Shown in pieces: positions 53,300 through 64,000 of a stretch of 64,000 nucleotides of DNA. Source of the stretch: Corallochytrium limacisporum Hawaii (Eukaryota > Protista > Pluriformea); NCBI GenBank assembly GCA_002811645.1, contig PDIP01000259.1, positions 9,768 to 73,767 of the forward strand, read 5' to 3'. The notes under the pieces were generated by a model. The model did no database searches, was not told the DNA's origin, and saw only the letters and a list, made by a program, of their open reading frames with translations. The position numbers and the translations under genes are program-made. The first letter of the stretch is position 1. Each line of letters starts with the position of its first letter.

Positions 53300-56200
53300 T
53301 TCATTCACCAACGACTCCCCGAGAGAAAGCAGAGGCGCACGCACGATCGGACCACACACACGGAGTGCCCGCTACGTCACTCGAATCAAAGGGAAAAACA
53401 AACCAAGCCGAACATAATCCCACTCCCCGTTTCTACTTGCTTTCCCAACGGCCCAGATAATCCAACCGAAATTGAAATCAGAAGAGTGCCTAGCAGGCTA
53501 GGCCACCCGGTGGGTTTTTTTCTTTTGTTTTTGTTATTTTCAAAATCTCCCTTCCGTTACTACACCTCACCTCTCAACTGCTGACACATTGCGCTCCACC
53601 ACACTACCTGCTGCCATTACACTTTGTCAGCTGTATTTGTTGTCCTTTACTGTTCCTCTTCTTTATTGGCGATTCTTCTCTGCAAGAAAAAAAAAATGGT
53701 TAACACCGTCCCGCGAAGAAAGACCCAAATAGAGAGAAATGAAATAATCAACGGACCCAGCTGCCCAGAAGCGAATGGCCGGCGCGACGTAAGGAAAAAA
53801 AAAAGGACGCAAAACAAGCCACCGCCCCCCCGGGGAAGGGGGGGGCGGTTTGTTGCCTCCGCAGAGAGGCCATTCGGGCTTTCAGCTCCCAGCCACCTTC
53901 ACAACGGGTATCTTAGCTCTGTATGTGTCCACCCGTGGCGGAATTGGGATGAATACTTCAGTATATTTAGTACTAAGAAATGACATAATCGATGGACCGG
54001 CCCCATGGGACCTACCGGAGACAATTGCCCAACTCCCCCTATTTTTAGGAGCAACGGCCGCCGCACAACAATGCCAGGGGGGAGTGTGTCCTTGTTGCCA
54101 TGCCCGGTGCTTCCAGTAGTGAATGTACCACGCTTGCGCTTTTCCTTGCTCGGGGCCTATTTATAGCCCGTCGGCTCGGTTCTCCCCCACCGGCCCAGGG
54201 CAACTTTTCCCTTTTGCTTCAGTGTGTACTCAACCGCAGCGGCGGCGTAGTGAGTTCCGCCCTTGGGCCTGTGTTGGAGTTTTTGTCTCAAACTTTTCCT
54301 TTTCAAACCCCCCCTCCCCTATTTTCCCATTTTTTTTTGTTTCCTTTCTTGTTCTATTTTTTTTCCGTTTTCAACCCGGCTTCGATCCCCCCACCAAGTT
54401 CAAAACCCATCGGTTCGGCCCCTTTGCTTCCATGGGCCCCTCTTCGGGCATTCCCATGTCCCGAAAAAGACAAAAATGCCGGAGGGAGCCACAGAAAGAA
54501 CCTTCCCCTCCCCCCCTCCTCTCTGTCTCTCTCTCTCTCTCCCTCCCCCGCGGCGCGCGGACACTAACGCACGCACACAGAACAGGCACCGGGAGAAGAG
54601 GTAGGTGGTACACTACCAAAAGGGCAGCTTTTCCCGGCAAGGATAGCGGCTTTCGTCGATTCCTTTTTTTTTCCTTTTGGCGATGTGTTCTCTCACAGTT
54701 TTTTCTTTCTTTTTCTTTTTTTTCTGAGACGGACACACAGCCAGAGACAGAGTCAGAGAGAGAGAGAGCGAGAGAGAGAGAGAGAGAGTGGACGGAGGGA
54801 GACTGAAGACTGGTCTGCGGCCAGGTCACCATTTCCACTGTCCTCCCCCCCCCTTTTGTCCGTTGCCCCCTTTTCTCCGTCTCTCCACCCACTCTCACAC
54901 ACTCTCTCCACTCCTCCATCTGTGTCCTGCCGCCGTACGGTAATTTTTCACATGTCCGACATCCATGTCCCCTCAACACACCCACGACCGGGAGCGTGTT
55001 GTGTGCGTGGACGTGTGTGGTATGAGTCCGCGTACGCGTGTGTGTGTATGTGTGTTGGCAGGTAGTGGTGGACGTACCCCCTCCCCCGTCCCCCCCTGTG
55101 CTGCCCATCGGTCCACACTACGCCTCGCATGTGTGGGTATATAATTCGTAAATTTTGTGGTTATCACCAGATTGCGGGCCCCGTGAGGATATACTTGCAT
55201 GGATTGTATCCCCAGAAATTGAAATCACAATCAAGTGGAATTTTTTTCTATTCGGTTCGGAGGAGGCCATCCTCCCCCGGGGGGGGGGGGGCGCCGAAAG
55301 GAGAAAGGGAGAGACCACAGCGAGAGGAGGAGAGCGAAGAGAGAGCGGGAGGACACAAGGGAGGGAGAGCGAGAGCACAGAACTGCTATACCTACTGTAG
55401 GGGTATGTCTTGCGCATTTGGGTTTTGGCTCTTATTTTTTTTCCACGAAATCCATTACCCTCCCGAACGACCCAGCTTCCGGGGCTGGTTCTTTGGATTT
55501 TTGATTCAGCACGGAGAAAAGGGGGGGAGGGGAGGGGTATTTGATGGCCCCGTGATTTGTAATAGTCCCACATCGATGGATCCGCTTAGTCGTCGGATAT
55601 TCGCCCTTAGGGCCCCACACACACACACACACCAAAGAACACCACGCGCCCCACACACATCCCATAGTCCGGAGGGAAATTTACACACCCACCACCCCAC
55701 CCCCCTTTTCTCGTGTTTCACATGTCCCCGACCTCTCCCCCATCGGCTGGCCCTGGGTATAAACATGAAATGGCCCGTGTACTTCCAGTACCTGTGTGAT
55801 GTGTTATTTTCTTTTTTGAAACCATCGCTCATCAATGTCTGTCGCGCCAGGACCCCGACCCTGCCCTCTTTGCCTTTTTCATTTTTTTTTTCGGGAGAGA
55901 GGAGGGGGGGGAGGGGGAGGCGCAAGCGGGTCTCACCCGATCCCCGTTTCTCCGATTATTCATTACTAACTCTTTACTGCGCAAAGGGGAAAAAAATAGG
56001 AAAGTACCGTGGGCCAGACTGGGAGAATGCGCGAGAGGGAACGCAAAAGGGGAGGAGGGGGGCGGCAGAAAGAGAGAGAGAGATAGCGAGAGAGTCTGAC
56101 AGAGCGAGCGAGAGAGAGAAGAATCAGACAGTAGTGAGAAAAGGGCCATTCCCTCCCTCCCTGCCAACAAATCTCCAACACTGGGATTGACAGTCAGGAA

Positions 56201-56650
56201 GAAACTAATGAACCCATCGAAAGGAAGTGAGTGAAAGGGGAGGGGGCGAGGGAACTGAAGAGCCGGAAATTATAGTATTGTTTCTATTGGGCTTTTTGTA
56301 CCAAAAGGAAACGATGGCAAAAAAAGGGGGCCAGAGGACTCGAGGAGTGTTGGAAAGGGAGGGGGGAGGGGGGAGGCGCACCAAACCCTCCCTTCCCTCG
56401 TTGGCTCCCCTTTTTTCCTTTTCCTCTCCCTGTTTTTTTTCCATAGTGCCCGGCTACTGTGCGCGTGTTTCTGGTCACTCACAGTTTCAAAAGGACAGGG
56501 CATCAGGTGTCCCGCCGCAGGGCCCACCGAGACCGTGGTGGTGGGGCAGTGGAGGAAAGGGGGGGGGGTGGGCGGCACACAGGCGCCTTGCGCACAGTTC
56601 AGGCATGCTGCGTTATCTTTTGCCCGCAGGGTAGGTTTGTTGCTGTTGGA
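53300..56650. repeat. Long low-complexity intergenic tract upstream of the arrestin gene
   Basis: (GA)n ~54755-54788, (CT)n, (CA)n, and poly-G/T/A runs. No credible CDS. Confidence 0.8.
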
Positions 56651-56762
56651 AGGAGAACGATAGATTATCTTTCACGGGTTCGTCAGTTTTCAGTGTCTGT
56701 ATCCGTCGCTTTCAATGGGGGTGGGCCATTCTTCTCAGGGGCCATTGCGGGCGTGGGATCAG

Positions 56763-56870
56763 GTATGAGAGCAACGGAGCCGTTCTCTCTGAGGAGAAAA
56801 TGGCCGTACCACTGATACGAATAGAAAAGGAACACTAACGAGGTCGCGGGGTTCACTCAACGGTCCACAG
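56763..56870 (+). other. Probable 5'-UTR intron of the arrestin gene
   Basis: CAG|GTATGA donor (alternative GTAGGT at 56631), branch point ACTAAC ~56834 and CCACAG acceptor at 56870. Confidence 0.5.
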
Positions 56871-56938
56871 TTTTCGACACCAATATGAGTTGAAGTGGAT
56901 AAAAAAAGTAAGCAGTGAACTGCTGATCGACAGACACA

Positions 56939-59473
56939 ATGGGAAAGAATGATCTCTCCTACTTCGGGGTTACACTCGACCGGGAGACCGCGGGCAATCT
57001 CTATGAGGCTGGCTCGTCATTGACGGGTATAGTGTATTTTCAAGCTACGAAGCAAGTCAGGTGTAAGGCAATCACAGTTACCATTTATGGAGAGTCTGAA
57101 TACACTGTGTTTGATAGCCAGTCAGCACGCCGCTACAAGGAGCGCAAAATCCATTTGAGCTGGACTCAGACCATATTTACACCGGCTGACCTCCCTGCCA
57201 TCCATGAAGGTGAGAAGGCTGCTGCCAATGAGAAGGCCAATAGCAATGATAGCAAGGGAATATTGCTGGCCAACCGGAACTATGCCTTCCAGTTTTCATT
57301 CAAAATCCCGGCCAAAGACTCTTCAGTCCTGCCGGTCAGCTATGAGTCGCCTCTGGGCCATACTCGGTATCATCTGAAATGCGAGGTTGTGCGACCAGGA
57401 CGGAAGAAAAATTACACGGTCGTGAAGCCATTTATCATTGAAAAGCTCTGCATGCCGTTTGCTGGACGAACGGTGGGCAAAGCGCAGAAGGATCGCGTGT
57501 CAGCAAAGCTGGGCAACATGATGGCCAAGGGCATTGCAGAAATGTCTGTGTACATTGAGTCGGATACTCATGCTGCGGGTGATCGCGTCCCAGTGCGCAT
57601 TTCCATTACCAATCGGTCCCCGGTGGATCTGAAGGGTATTTTTGTGGGAATAATGAACCACGTTACACTCACTGCTAACAACTCGGTGGAACGCACGGCG
57701 GGAGAACGATTCCGTGCGAGCCAGGACCCCGAGGACGGGGAGAACGCTCCATCAAGCCAACAGAAAGGCGCTGCATTGGATGTAGTACGTCTGAAACGCA
57801 TGATCAGTGACTTTGACGTGCGCAAGGGAACGGTTTCCGCCAAGACAGTGTTTGCAATTGACTTGCCCATCGAATTGCCATCGACTTTCTTTGGGCCTTA
57901 CTTTAACAATGAATACTCCATCATTGTTTTCTCCGCGACGGCCAAAGATAAGCTGCGGATGGCAGTGCTTCCGATCAGAGTCAAGGTGCCGCGTCTGGAG
58001 AAGCACAAGCTGACCCCTGCTACGCTGCCCTTTGAGATCAAGGCAGAAGAGCCTCAGAGAACCAATTCTCGGCGCGGAGCCAAAGGCCATCGTGGCACGG
58101 TTATGAGTAAATCAGGCGACTGGGCGTTCCTGTCCAAAGACCAGCAAGAGGCGAGCCAGGAGCTCGGATCGCTCCACCGTAAGGGTCCTAGGGGCACGAT
58201 TTCGTCACAGCAACTGCCGCCGAGTGAGATTGATCCGCAGTTTGCCACCAATGCAGCGCTGTTCAACATTGCCTCCGCTGGCGGTGTGTCCACGCGGATG
58301 TCGGGAGACTCGAGAATTTCCGCGGATTCCTCACCGAACCTGACGACTACCAGTAGCAGGACCTCACTCCCTCAGCGGAACGCACCCCCGCCTCCTCCTA
58401 GGGCCAGTCTCACCCGTGGCCGGGCTGACACGGCACCACAGCCGTACCGGGCGGCGTCCGAGATGGATGAGGGCTACGTGAATCCACTGAAGCCCCCTGC
58501 CTCGAACAGGAGCACTCTTGAGAATCGGCCCCTGCCAACAGTGCCGTATGTCCTGCCCGGATTGCGGGACGACATCACGGAATGGAACGAATTCGCAGAA
58601 TACGCACCGGTTGTCAAGGGGAAGCGGGGCTCACACGAACGGCACAAGAGCTCGGTGGCAGAGATGCAGCCGCGACCGGTCCATCACGAGGACCTTGGGT
58701 ACATGCCCGCGCGGCCTGTGATGGGGAAGGATAGCGGATCTTCGCAACCACCAACCCTACCACCGAAAACACGCGTCAGTGGAGACGAGACCAGGAAGCA
58801 CAAAGCTGTAAACAAGAGCGCTGATGGCCTGTCAAACCTCCTTGCCACTCCGCCTCAACCTCTCCCTCGCAGTGCGCACAGCAACGAGGAACTGAGGACA
58901 GCGCAAGCCAAACCTTCTCTACCTCCAAAGACAACAGGCTTCAGGCCCACGACCGTGGACGACGTGCGGGATCGACGAATGCAGTTAGCCAACGATAGCA
59001 ACCAGAATCGGAACAGTATACCGCTCAGCACTGAAGCCGCTGTCGCTGTGGGTAGCAACAGTAGCTCGCGCACGAACAGCCCCCGCATGAACAGCCCGCG
59101 TACAAACAGTCCTCGCGGTAAGGAGCCGCCCCCGCGTCCAACGGCGCCGATCCCGAAGCCCCCAATGAGGACCGGCAGCATCGGATCCAAACTGGCTTCC
59201 GCTCCTGTGCAGCCACCACCCCGCAGCCACCCGTCGAACGAGTCATCGAGCGATGATGACGTTAGTGATTGGGGTACCAGCGATCTGGTCAGCCAGACAC
59301 GGCAAAAATCGGTGGAAGAGATGGCTTCGCTGTTCACAAAATTCAGCGTTAGGGACATGAGCGACAGTTTTAGGCCACAGAATCACAACCTGCTGCAGTT
59401 TGTGGAAAATGAGCATGATGCCAGGTCAATGTACACGGATCCGTCCTATTCGCGGCGTTGGATTGCTAGCTAA
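56939..59473 (+). CDS. Alpha-arrestin (ARRDC-like) with a long proline-rich tail
   Basis: Y..G..L.G.V, I.V.I.G, Y.F.FSF.IP, LP.S.E...G..RY.LK, and an arrestin-C region (G.R.PV...I.N.S, LP.TF.G......Y). Confidence 0.85.
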   Translation: MGKNDLSYFGVTLDRETAGNLYEAGSSLTGIVYFQATKQVRCKAITVTIYGESEYTVFDSQSARRYKERKIHLSWTQTIFTPADLPAIHEGEKAAANEKANSNDSKGILLANRNYAFQFSFKIPAKDSSVLPVSYESPLGHTRYHLKCEVVRPGRKKNYTVVKPFIIEKLCMPFAGRTVGKAQKDRVSAKLGNMMAKGIAEMSVYIESDTHAAGDRVPVRISITNRSPVDLKGIFVGIMNHVTLTANNSVERTAGERFRASQDPEDGENAPSSQQKGAALDVVRLKRMISDFDVRKGTVSAKTVFAIDLPIELPSTFFGPYFNNEYSIIVFSATAKDKLRMAVLPIRVKVPRLEKHKLTPATLPFEIKAEEPQRTNSRRGAKGHRGTVMSKSGDWAFLSKDQQEASQELGSLHRKGPRGTISSQQLPPSEIDPQFATNAALFNIASAGGVSTRMSGDSRISADSSPNLTTTSSRTSLPQRNAPPPPPRASLTRGRADTAPQPYRAASEMDEGYVNPLKPPASNRSTLENRPLPTVPYVLPGLRDDITEWNEFAEYAPVVKGKRGSHERHKSSVAEMQPRPVHHEDLGYMPARPVMGKDSGSSQPPTLPPKTRVSGDETRKHKAVNKSADGLSNLLATPPQPLPRSAHSNEELRTAQAKPSLPPKTTGFRPTTVDDVRDRRMQLANDSNQNRNSIPLSTEAAVAVGSNSSSRTNSPRMNSPRTNSPRGKEPPPRPTAPIPKPPMRTGSIGSKLASAPVQPPPRSHPSNESSSDDDVSDWGTSDLVSQTRQKSVEEMASLFTKFSVRDMSDSFRPQNHNLLQFVENEHDARSMYTDPSYSRRWIAS

Positions 59474-59734
59474 GCCATTACTTGCTTTGTGCTTTTGTAC
59501 AATAAACCTCAACATAATTATTCACCTTCCATAGACCGTCCTTTGTGTAGTATGTTCATGAAATGCTTTACTCTCTTTACTTACTGGCACCATACTGCCA
59601 GAAAAACAGATAGACGTCCATTTGCACCACGCTACAATGGCAATGGTTTTCATGTACCCACGACAACCTTATCCTAGGCCGGAAACTCTTCCGCTTATCC
59701 GTGGGCTGAGACGGTTGATGCTGAGATAGTCAGT

Positions 59735-60622
59735 CTACTTCAGCTGCGCAGTCACCCACTCGAACAAGTCGCTGTGAACCTGGTCCTTGTACTTGGGTAT
59801 CTCGTTGAAGAGTTCATGGAAACCACCGTCGTAGAGTTTCAGTGTCTTGTCAGCAGAAGGGCTGTGCTTGTACATATTTCGGGATCCGTCCACGTTGGTC
59901 ATTTTGTCCTCAGTACCATGCACAATGATGAACGGGAAGTTGGTTTCCGGATAGAACTCTTCACAAAGCTGCAGACCGGAGAGTAGCTGGTGGCTCCAGC
60001 GGGCCATGAGCTTGCCATGGAACACCAGGGGATCCTCTACGTACTTACGTACCTCATCGGGGTCGTGACTGAGGAAGTTCGGGTCGAAGGCACCGACCCC
60101 AAGGTGGGGCAGCAACCCGCCAAAGACCTTCACGAGCCGAATTTGCCACGGTCCTGCAGTTTTCGGGTCGACGGCTAGAGCTGGCGACGACAGAATCACC
60201 GTGTCAAAGATATCGGGGTATCTTTTCATCGTCAGCAGAGTTATCATACCGCCCATGGAGTGTCCGAGGATGAAGTGCTTACCGGTGCACTGCGGAAACT
60301 TGTCCTTTATGATCTCAGCGTGCTGCACCACGTCCTCGGTGTAGTCCCAGGTGTCTTTCAGATCCATACGCCGACCCTCGCTCTTGCCATGGCCCAGGTG
60401 ATCGTGTCCATAGACTGTGAAGCCAAGTTCGACAAACTTTTCGGCAAGAGCGTGGTAGGAAGCGCGACCGAGATGCTCCCCAGCGCCGTGGACCAGCTGA
60501 ATGAAGTGCTTAGGGTTCTTTGCCAGCTCTTCACCCTTGGCGTTCCAATGGTAGCAATGAATCTTCAGTCCATCCTTGTTTAAAAACTCGCTTGAGTCAA
60601 AATTCGCCATGACTGTTGGCAT
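59735..60622 (-). CDS. Monoglyceride lipase / Hydrolase_4 family
   Basis: VHG.GEH, D..GHG.S.G, GHSMGG, HG..D and FHEL.NE. Confidence 0.9.
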   Translation of the reverse strand: MPTVMANFDSSEFLNKDGLKIHCYHWNAKGEELAKNPKHFIQLVHGAGEHLGRASYHALAEKFVELGFTVYGHDHLGHGKSEGRRMDLKDTWDYTEDVVQHAEIIKDKFPQCTGKHFILGHSMGGMITLLTMKRYPDIFDTVILSSPALAVDPKTAGPWQIRLVKVFGGLLPHLGVGAFDPNFLSHDPDEVRKYVEDPLVFHGKLMARWSHQLLSGLQLCEEFYPETNFPFIIVHGTEDKMTNVDGSRNMYKHSPSADKTLKLYDGGFHELFNEIPKYKDQVHSDLFEWVTAQLK

Positions 60623-61672
60623 TTGCTTGCTTCTGTGTGTCTGATGACGGTTCTTTTCGGCCGTGTCATACGCGGTCTGTGTGTCTTGACTCTCCTCGTA
60701 AGCTAAGAGGCACGCCTATGAAAGGCTACATCTACCTTATACCTCACTCTGTACGGCAACGACTTATGCGCTCACAAGCAGGACCGAAGCACACAGCCCG
60801 GCCCCCGTGCGGCACGGGGTTCACAAAATCGAGGACCGACTGGAGACCCCCGATCTGCTAAACATAGACCCAAAAATATCCTACCTGGCTGATATTCTTC
60901 TACGGTCAATTTCACCACCTTGGAGTGGAAGTGGGGGGAAGAGAGGGGGGGGGGGGAGTATTGTTCTGCCAACCCGGAGCGAACGGGCACGCCGGCAGCT
61001 GCTCAGCAGGGCACTGGGCAAAGGAGGGCCCCGGTGTGTCGATTGTGGCGCCTCTACCTTCCCATCACCCATCCAAGCTCCCCCCCCAAGAGTGAAAGAT
61101 TTGGCAAAGCCGGGAGCTCCGGGGGGGCTCAAGGCCCCAAGGGGGCTCTCTCTTACTAAGGACCACTGCTACGCAAACTGTCCTGGACCCCCCGATGGGG
61201 CTCTCTTCCGCCTGCGTCCCATCCCCGCAGCAAATGGTCGCGGTGCGCTGCGAACTTTACGCCTGAAGAAAATCACAAGAAATCGCTCGAGCGAAGCAGG
61301 GGCCCGGGGGAAAAAAGAAAAAAAAAAAAGACAAAAGAAAAAAGAACGAAAGAAAAGGTGACAAGGATGAGGGCGGAAGCCAGCGGGGGGGAACCCTGAA
61401 CAACACCACCAACCGCGGCGGAGGGGAGGGACGGCAGCACGGGACCGTGCGCATCAGGACTGTGTGTGAGTGATGGCTGCGATGTCGTTAGTACATCGAC
61501 TTGAGGTGATGCTGAAAAGAAGATTGAGCCCATTCCATCTACCATAATTTTTCTATTGCATCGTGCAGCTCAAAGGTGTTTGACAAGATCCAGAGGGCGA
61601 AGGCGTTGGTGTGGTGTACACGCACACCGATACACGGCTTCCGTGCGGAGAATAGTAACACAGTATTCAACC

Positions 61673-62500
61673 ATGTCTGACGAGACGCTAGCAATTCGGG
61701 AAGCTGCGTCTTATAGCGACATCAAGCGTCTTCAGAAGATCGTTATTGAAAACCCCAAACTAGTCAACTGTCAGTCTAGCAATCGCAAGTGGACCCCGCT
61801 CCACCATGCGGTACGCAAGGGAAACTACGACGCCGCGGTGCTGCTACTGGAGAACAATGCCAACCCCAACATTAAGGAACAGTTCGGGAATACTCCATTC
61901 TCCTTCGCTTGCTTCTATGGTTTCATGTCTCTGGCCAAGCTGCTACTCGACAAGGGTGCTGATGTGAACGCGGTGGATGAGAACAAGGTTAGTGCTCTCC
62001 ACGCTGCGGCCATCAATGGCCAGTATCCCATGGTACAATTCCTGCTACAACAGGGCATATCTGTCAACGCTAAGACGGCCGAAGGGGCAACCCCCCTGCA
62101 CGGTGCAGCTGATAAGGGCGAGGAGGACATTGTGAGTTTACTCTTGGCCAAAGGAGCGGATCCCAACATGCTAGACAAGTCGGGACGCTCTGCCCTGCAT
62201 TACGCCGCCCAATGTGACCACAGTGAAGTGTGCAAGGTACTAATCAGCGAAGGCGCAAAGACGACTTTTATCGACAGGGAAGGTAATTCTGCCGCCGATC
62301 TTGCACATTCCAGCGCCACGCAGGCCATACTCGGCGCGTCTGGTGACCAGTCAGCCTCAAGCGCAAGTCCCAGACGCCGCTCTTACACACCCAACATGGG
62401 CCAGAACGACGTTTCCCTGTCCAGCAGTAATTCCTCAATGATCCAGTTCCTAGCGGTGCTAGGTTTACTGGCTGTTTTGATTCTAAGTAGCTATTCATGA
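61673..62500 (+). CDS. Ankyrin-repeat protein with a C-terminal TM helix
   Basis: About six ankyrin repeats (TPLH.A...G....V.LLL..GAD.N) and hydrophobic tail MIQFLAVLGLLAVLIL. Start caaccATG at 61673. Confidence 0.88.
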   Translation: MSDETLAIREAASYSDIKRLQKIVIENPKLVNCQSSNRKWTPLHHAVRKGNYDAAVLLLENNANPNIKEQFGNTPFSFACFYGFMSLAKLLLDKGADVNAVDENKVSALHAAAINGQYPMVQFLLQQGISVNAKTAEGATPLHGAADKGEEDIVSLLLAKGADPNMLDKSGRSALHYAAQCDHSEVCKVLISEGAKTTFIDREGNSAADLAHSSATQAILGASGDQSASSASPRRRSYTPNMGQNDVSLSSSNSSMIQFLAVLGLLAVLILSSYS

Positions 62501-62593
62501 AACCTTTAGATCTGAGACATTAAATGTAGTCCACATGTCCTCTATTTACGTAGTGATACTATTAACTGTTCGTTCTTTAATGTTTCGCTGATG

Positions 62594-63373
62594 TCAGCAC
62601 TTGCTCAGCCTCCAATTTTCCAAGTCAGAATCATCGCGCCAGTTCGGGTTCGAGTCAATCTCATACTGCGACTCGTACACATTGGTGTATATCTTATCAT
62701 AAATAGACAGCAGCGTGACAATGTAATTCACTGGCCTGCCCGCGGCACGATGGTTGGCATCCAGTATGGCGTAGCTGCCATCTTCGGCCACATGCGTTAT
62801 GAATCCGAACTGTTCCTCCTTACCCACGAGCATGGGCTTACCCACCGCAATTCCTTGCGGCATCCATTCACGATCCAGTTTGAACACGAGATCGTCCCGG
62901 TGTGGTCCAAAGCCATCCTTTGGAAGCATTCTAAAGTACCGAGTCTCACCGACATGCATGTCCATGACGTGTTTCAAGAACCCAGAAGTACAAAAGTCTT
63001 TACCAAGGATAGTCTCCCGAGGTGGTAGCTTCTTGAGGCGTTGATTGTAGTCCTCTTGGTCATGGCTGAAGATCTCACCGTCATCAAAGTACGCAACCAA
63101 TCTGTACTCAATGGTGTTACCCCATTGCGGCTTGGCCCAGCGATAATATGCAGGCCTCGCCTCCAGTCGCCACCGATTCCCTTTCGGTGGCTCTTCCTGC
63201 AAACTCGTCCGCTCTGAATTCTCCAGGGAGTCTTCCTGTTTCGGTCGCTTTGTTCTCAATCCCGCATGGGTACAAAGCATAGAGCGTAATATCAAGCTGG
63301 ATCGTGACAATTCAGCTGCACGACGACCATGTTGCAAGGCTGCAAACATTGGTATGGCGCTCATCCGGTACAT
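62594..63373 (-). CDS. SlyD/FkpB-type FKBP peptidyl-prolyl isomerase with an insert-in-flap domain and an N-terminal extension
   Basis: I.Y.L...DG, LG......GF...V..M.VGE......P.DGFG......V, D.NH..AG..V.Y.V.L. Confidence 0.8.
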   Translation of the reverse strand: MYRMSAIPMFAALQHGRRAAELSRSSLILRSMLCTHAGLRTKRPKQEDSLENSERTSLQEEPPKGNRWRLEARPAYYRWAKPQWGNTIEYRLVAYFDDGEIFSHDQEDYNQRLKKLPPRETILGKDFCTSGFLKHVMDMHVGETRYFRMLPKDGFGPHRDDLVFKLDREWMPQGIAVGKPMLVGKEEQFGFITHVAEDGSYAILDANHRAAGRPVNYIVTLLSIYDKIYTNVYESQYEIDSNPNWRDDSDLENWRLSKC

Positions 63374-64000
63374 GAATCACATCTCCGTTCACCCAGACTG
63401 CAACGCACAGATCAAGTCATCCAGTCCCAGAGCGCAGCTCATGTCTGATCAGGAGTGGTCCAGAGCATCCAAATTGAAACCAAACTCTTGTATGTTCACC
63501 CCAAACGCGTGTGCATTCAAATACCGTCATCTACCGTGACAATCCCAGACCAGCCACTGCCAAAAGGTGGTCTCCCCACGAAATACGGCGACCTCTGATT
63601 CAACTGGTACAATCAGTAAATCCCACCGTCCCCTCCGTCCAAACTGTGTTATGAGCCAGATCAATAGTTCAATCGCTGGAAGCGCACACAAGTCTTAATT
63701 ACCATGGTAAAAAAGAAAAACACACGGACAGCGGTGGAAATGGAGAATCTCAACAAATGGGCTTTTTTCCAATACCAGGTATTGCAATGTACCGCTATCT
63801 CCATCTCCACAAAAACCCGACTCCCACTGAGCATCCATCATCACATCCCCCTACGACTACTGAGCAAGTGGGAAAAAGCACCAGTTTCACATTTCAAGAA
63901 TACCACGGTACCAACCTCTGCCCCATAAGTTAAGGAGGAATCTGCCTAAAAACATGCACCGTAATATAAGGAGGGAGATTCTGATTTTTTCTCCATTTCC

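Overview
Gene-dense, almost intron-free eukaryotic DNA. The gene content (Cys-cluster SNAP25, UBZ-bearing SLX4, TMEM87, SETD3, paladin, CDIN1-like) points to a unicellular holozoan with a compact genome; something Corallochytrium-like is my inference and is not verified. About 26 protein genes are supportable: an ERG25-like sterol oxidase (5'-truncated), SRPBCC protein, HSL-family hydrolase, PA-TM-RING ligase, SNAP25, STE20 kinase, TMEM87, CDIN1-like nuclease, TMEM63/CSC1, histones H4 and H2B, PEBP, HGD, paladin-like phosphatase, TIPIN, PES1, an orphan, SLX4, SETD3, CutA, a spliced F-box gene missed by the ORF track, an HADHA/FadJ-like protein, alpha-arrestin, monoglyceride lipase, an ankyrin protein and a SlyD-like FKBP. 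I saw no tRNA, rRNA, CRISPR or intact mobile element. Best leads: (1) H4 and H2B share a position-matched 20-bp promoter motif and three 3'-UTR motifs but have no canonical histone stem-loop, suggesting a lineage-specific histone regulon; (2) the only coding-region intron I found appears to contain a folded RNA; (3) several proteins have unusual architectures, including a tail-anchored HADHA-like protein with a degenerate dehydrogenase half, a UBZ-containing STE20 kinase, a possibly mitochondrial paladin with an AT-hook, a bacterial-type SlyD, and an arrestin with SH2/SH3-type motifs instead of PPxY. All family calls are motif recognition by eye; no searches were run.
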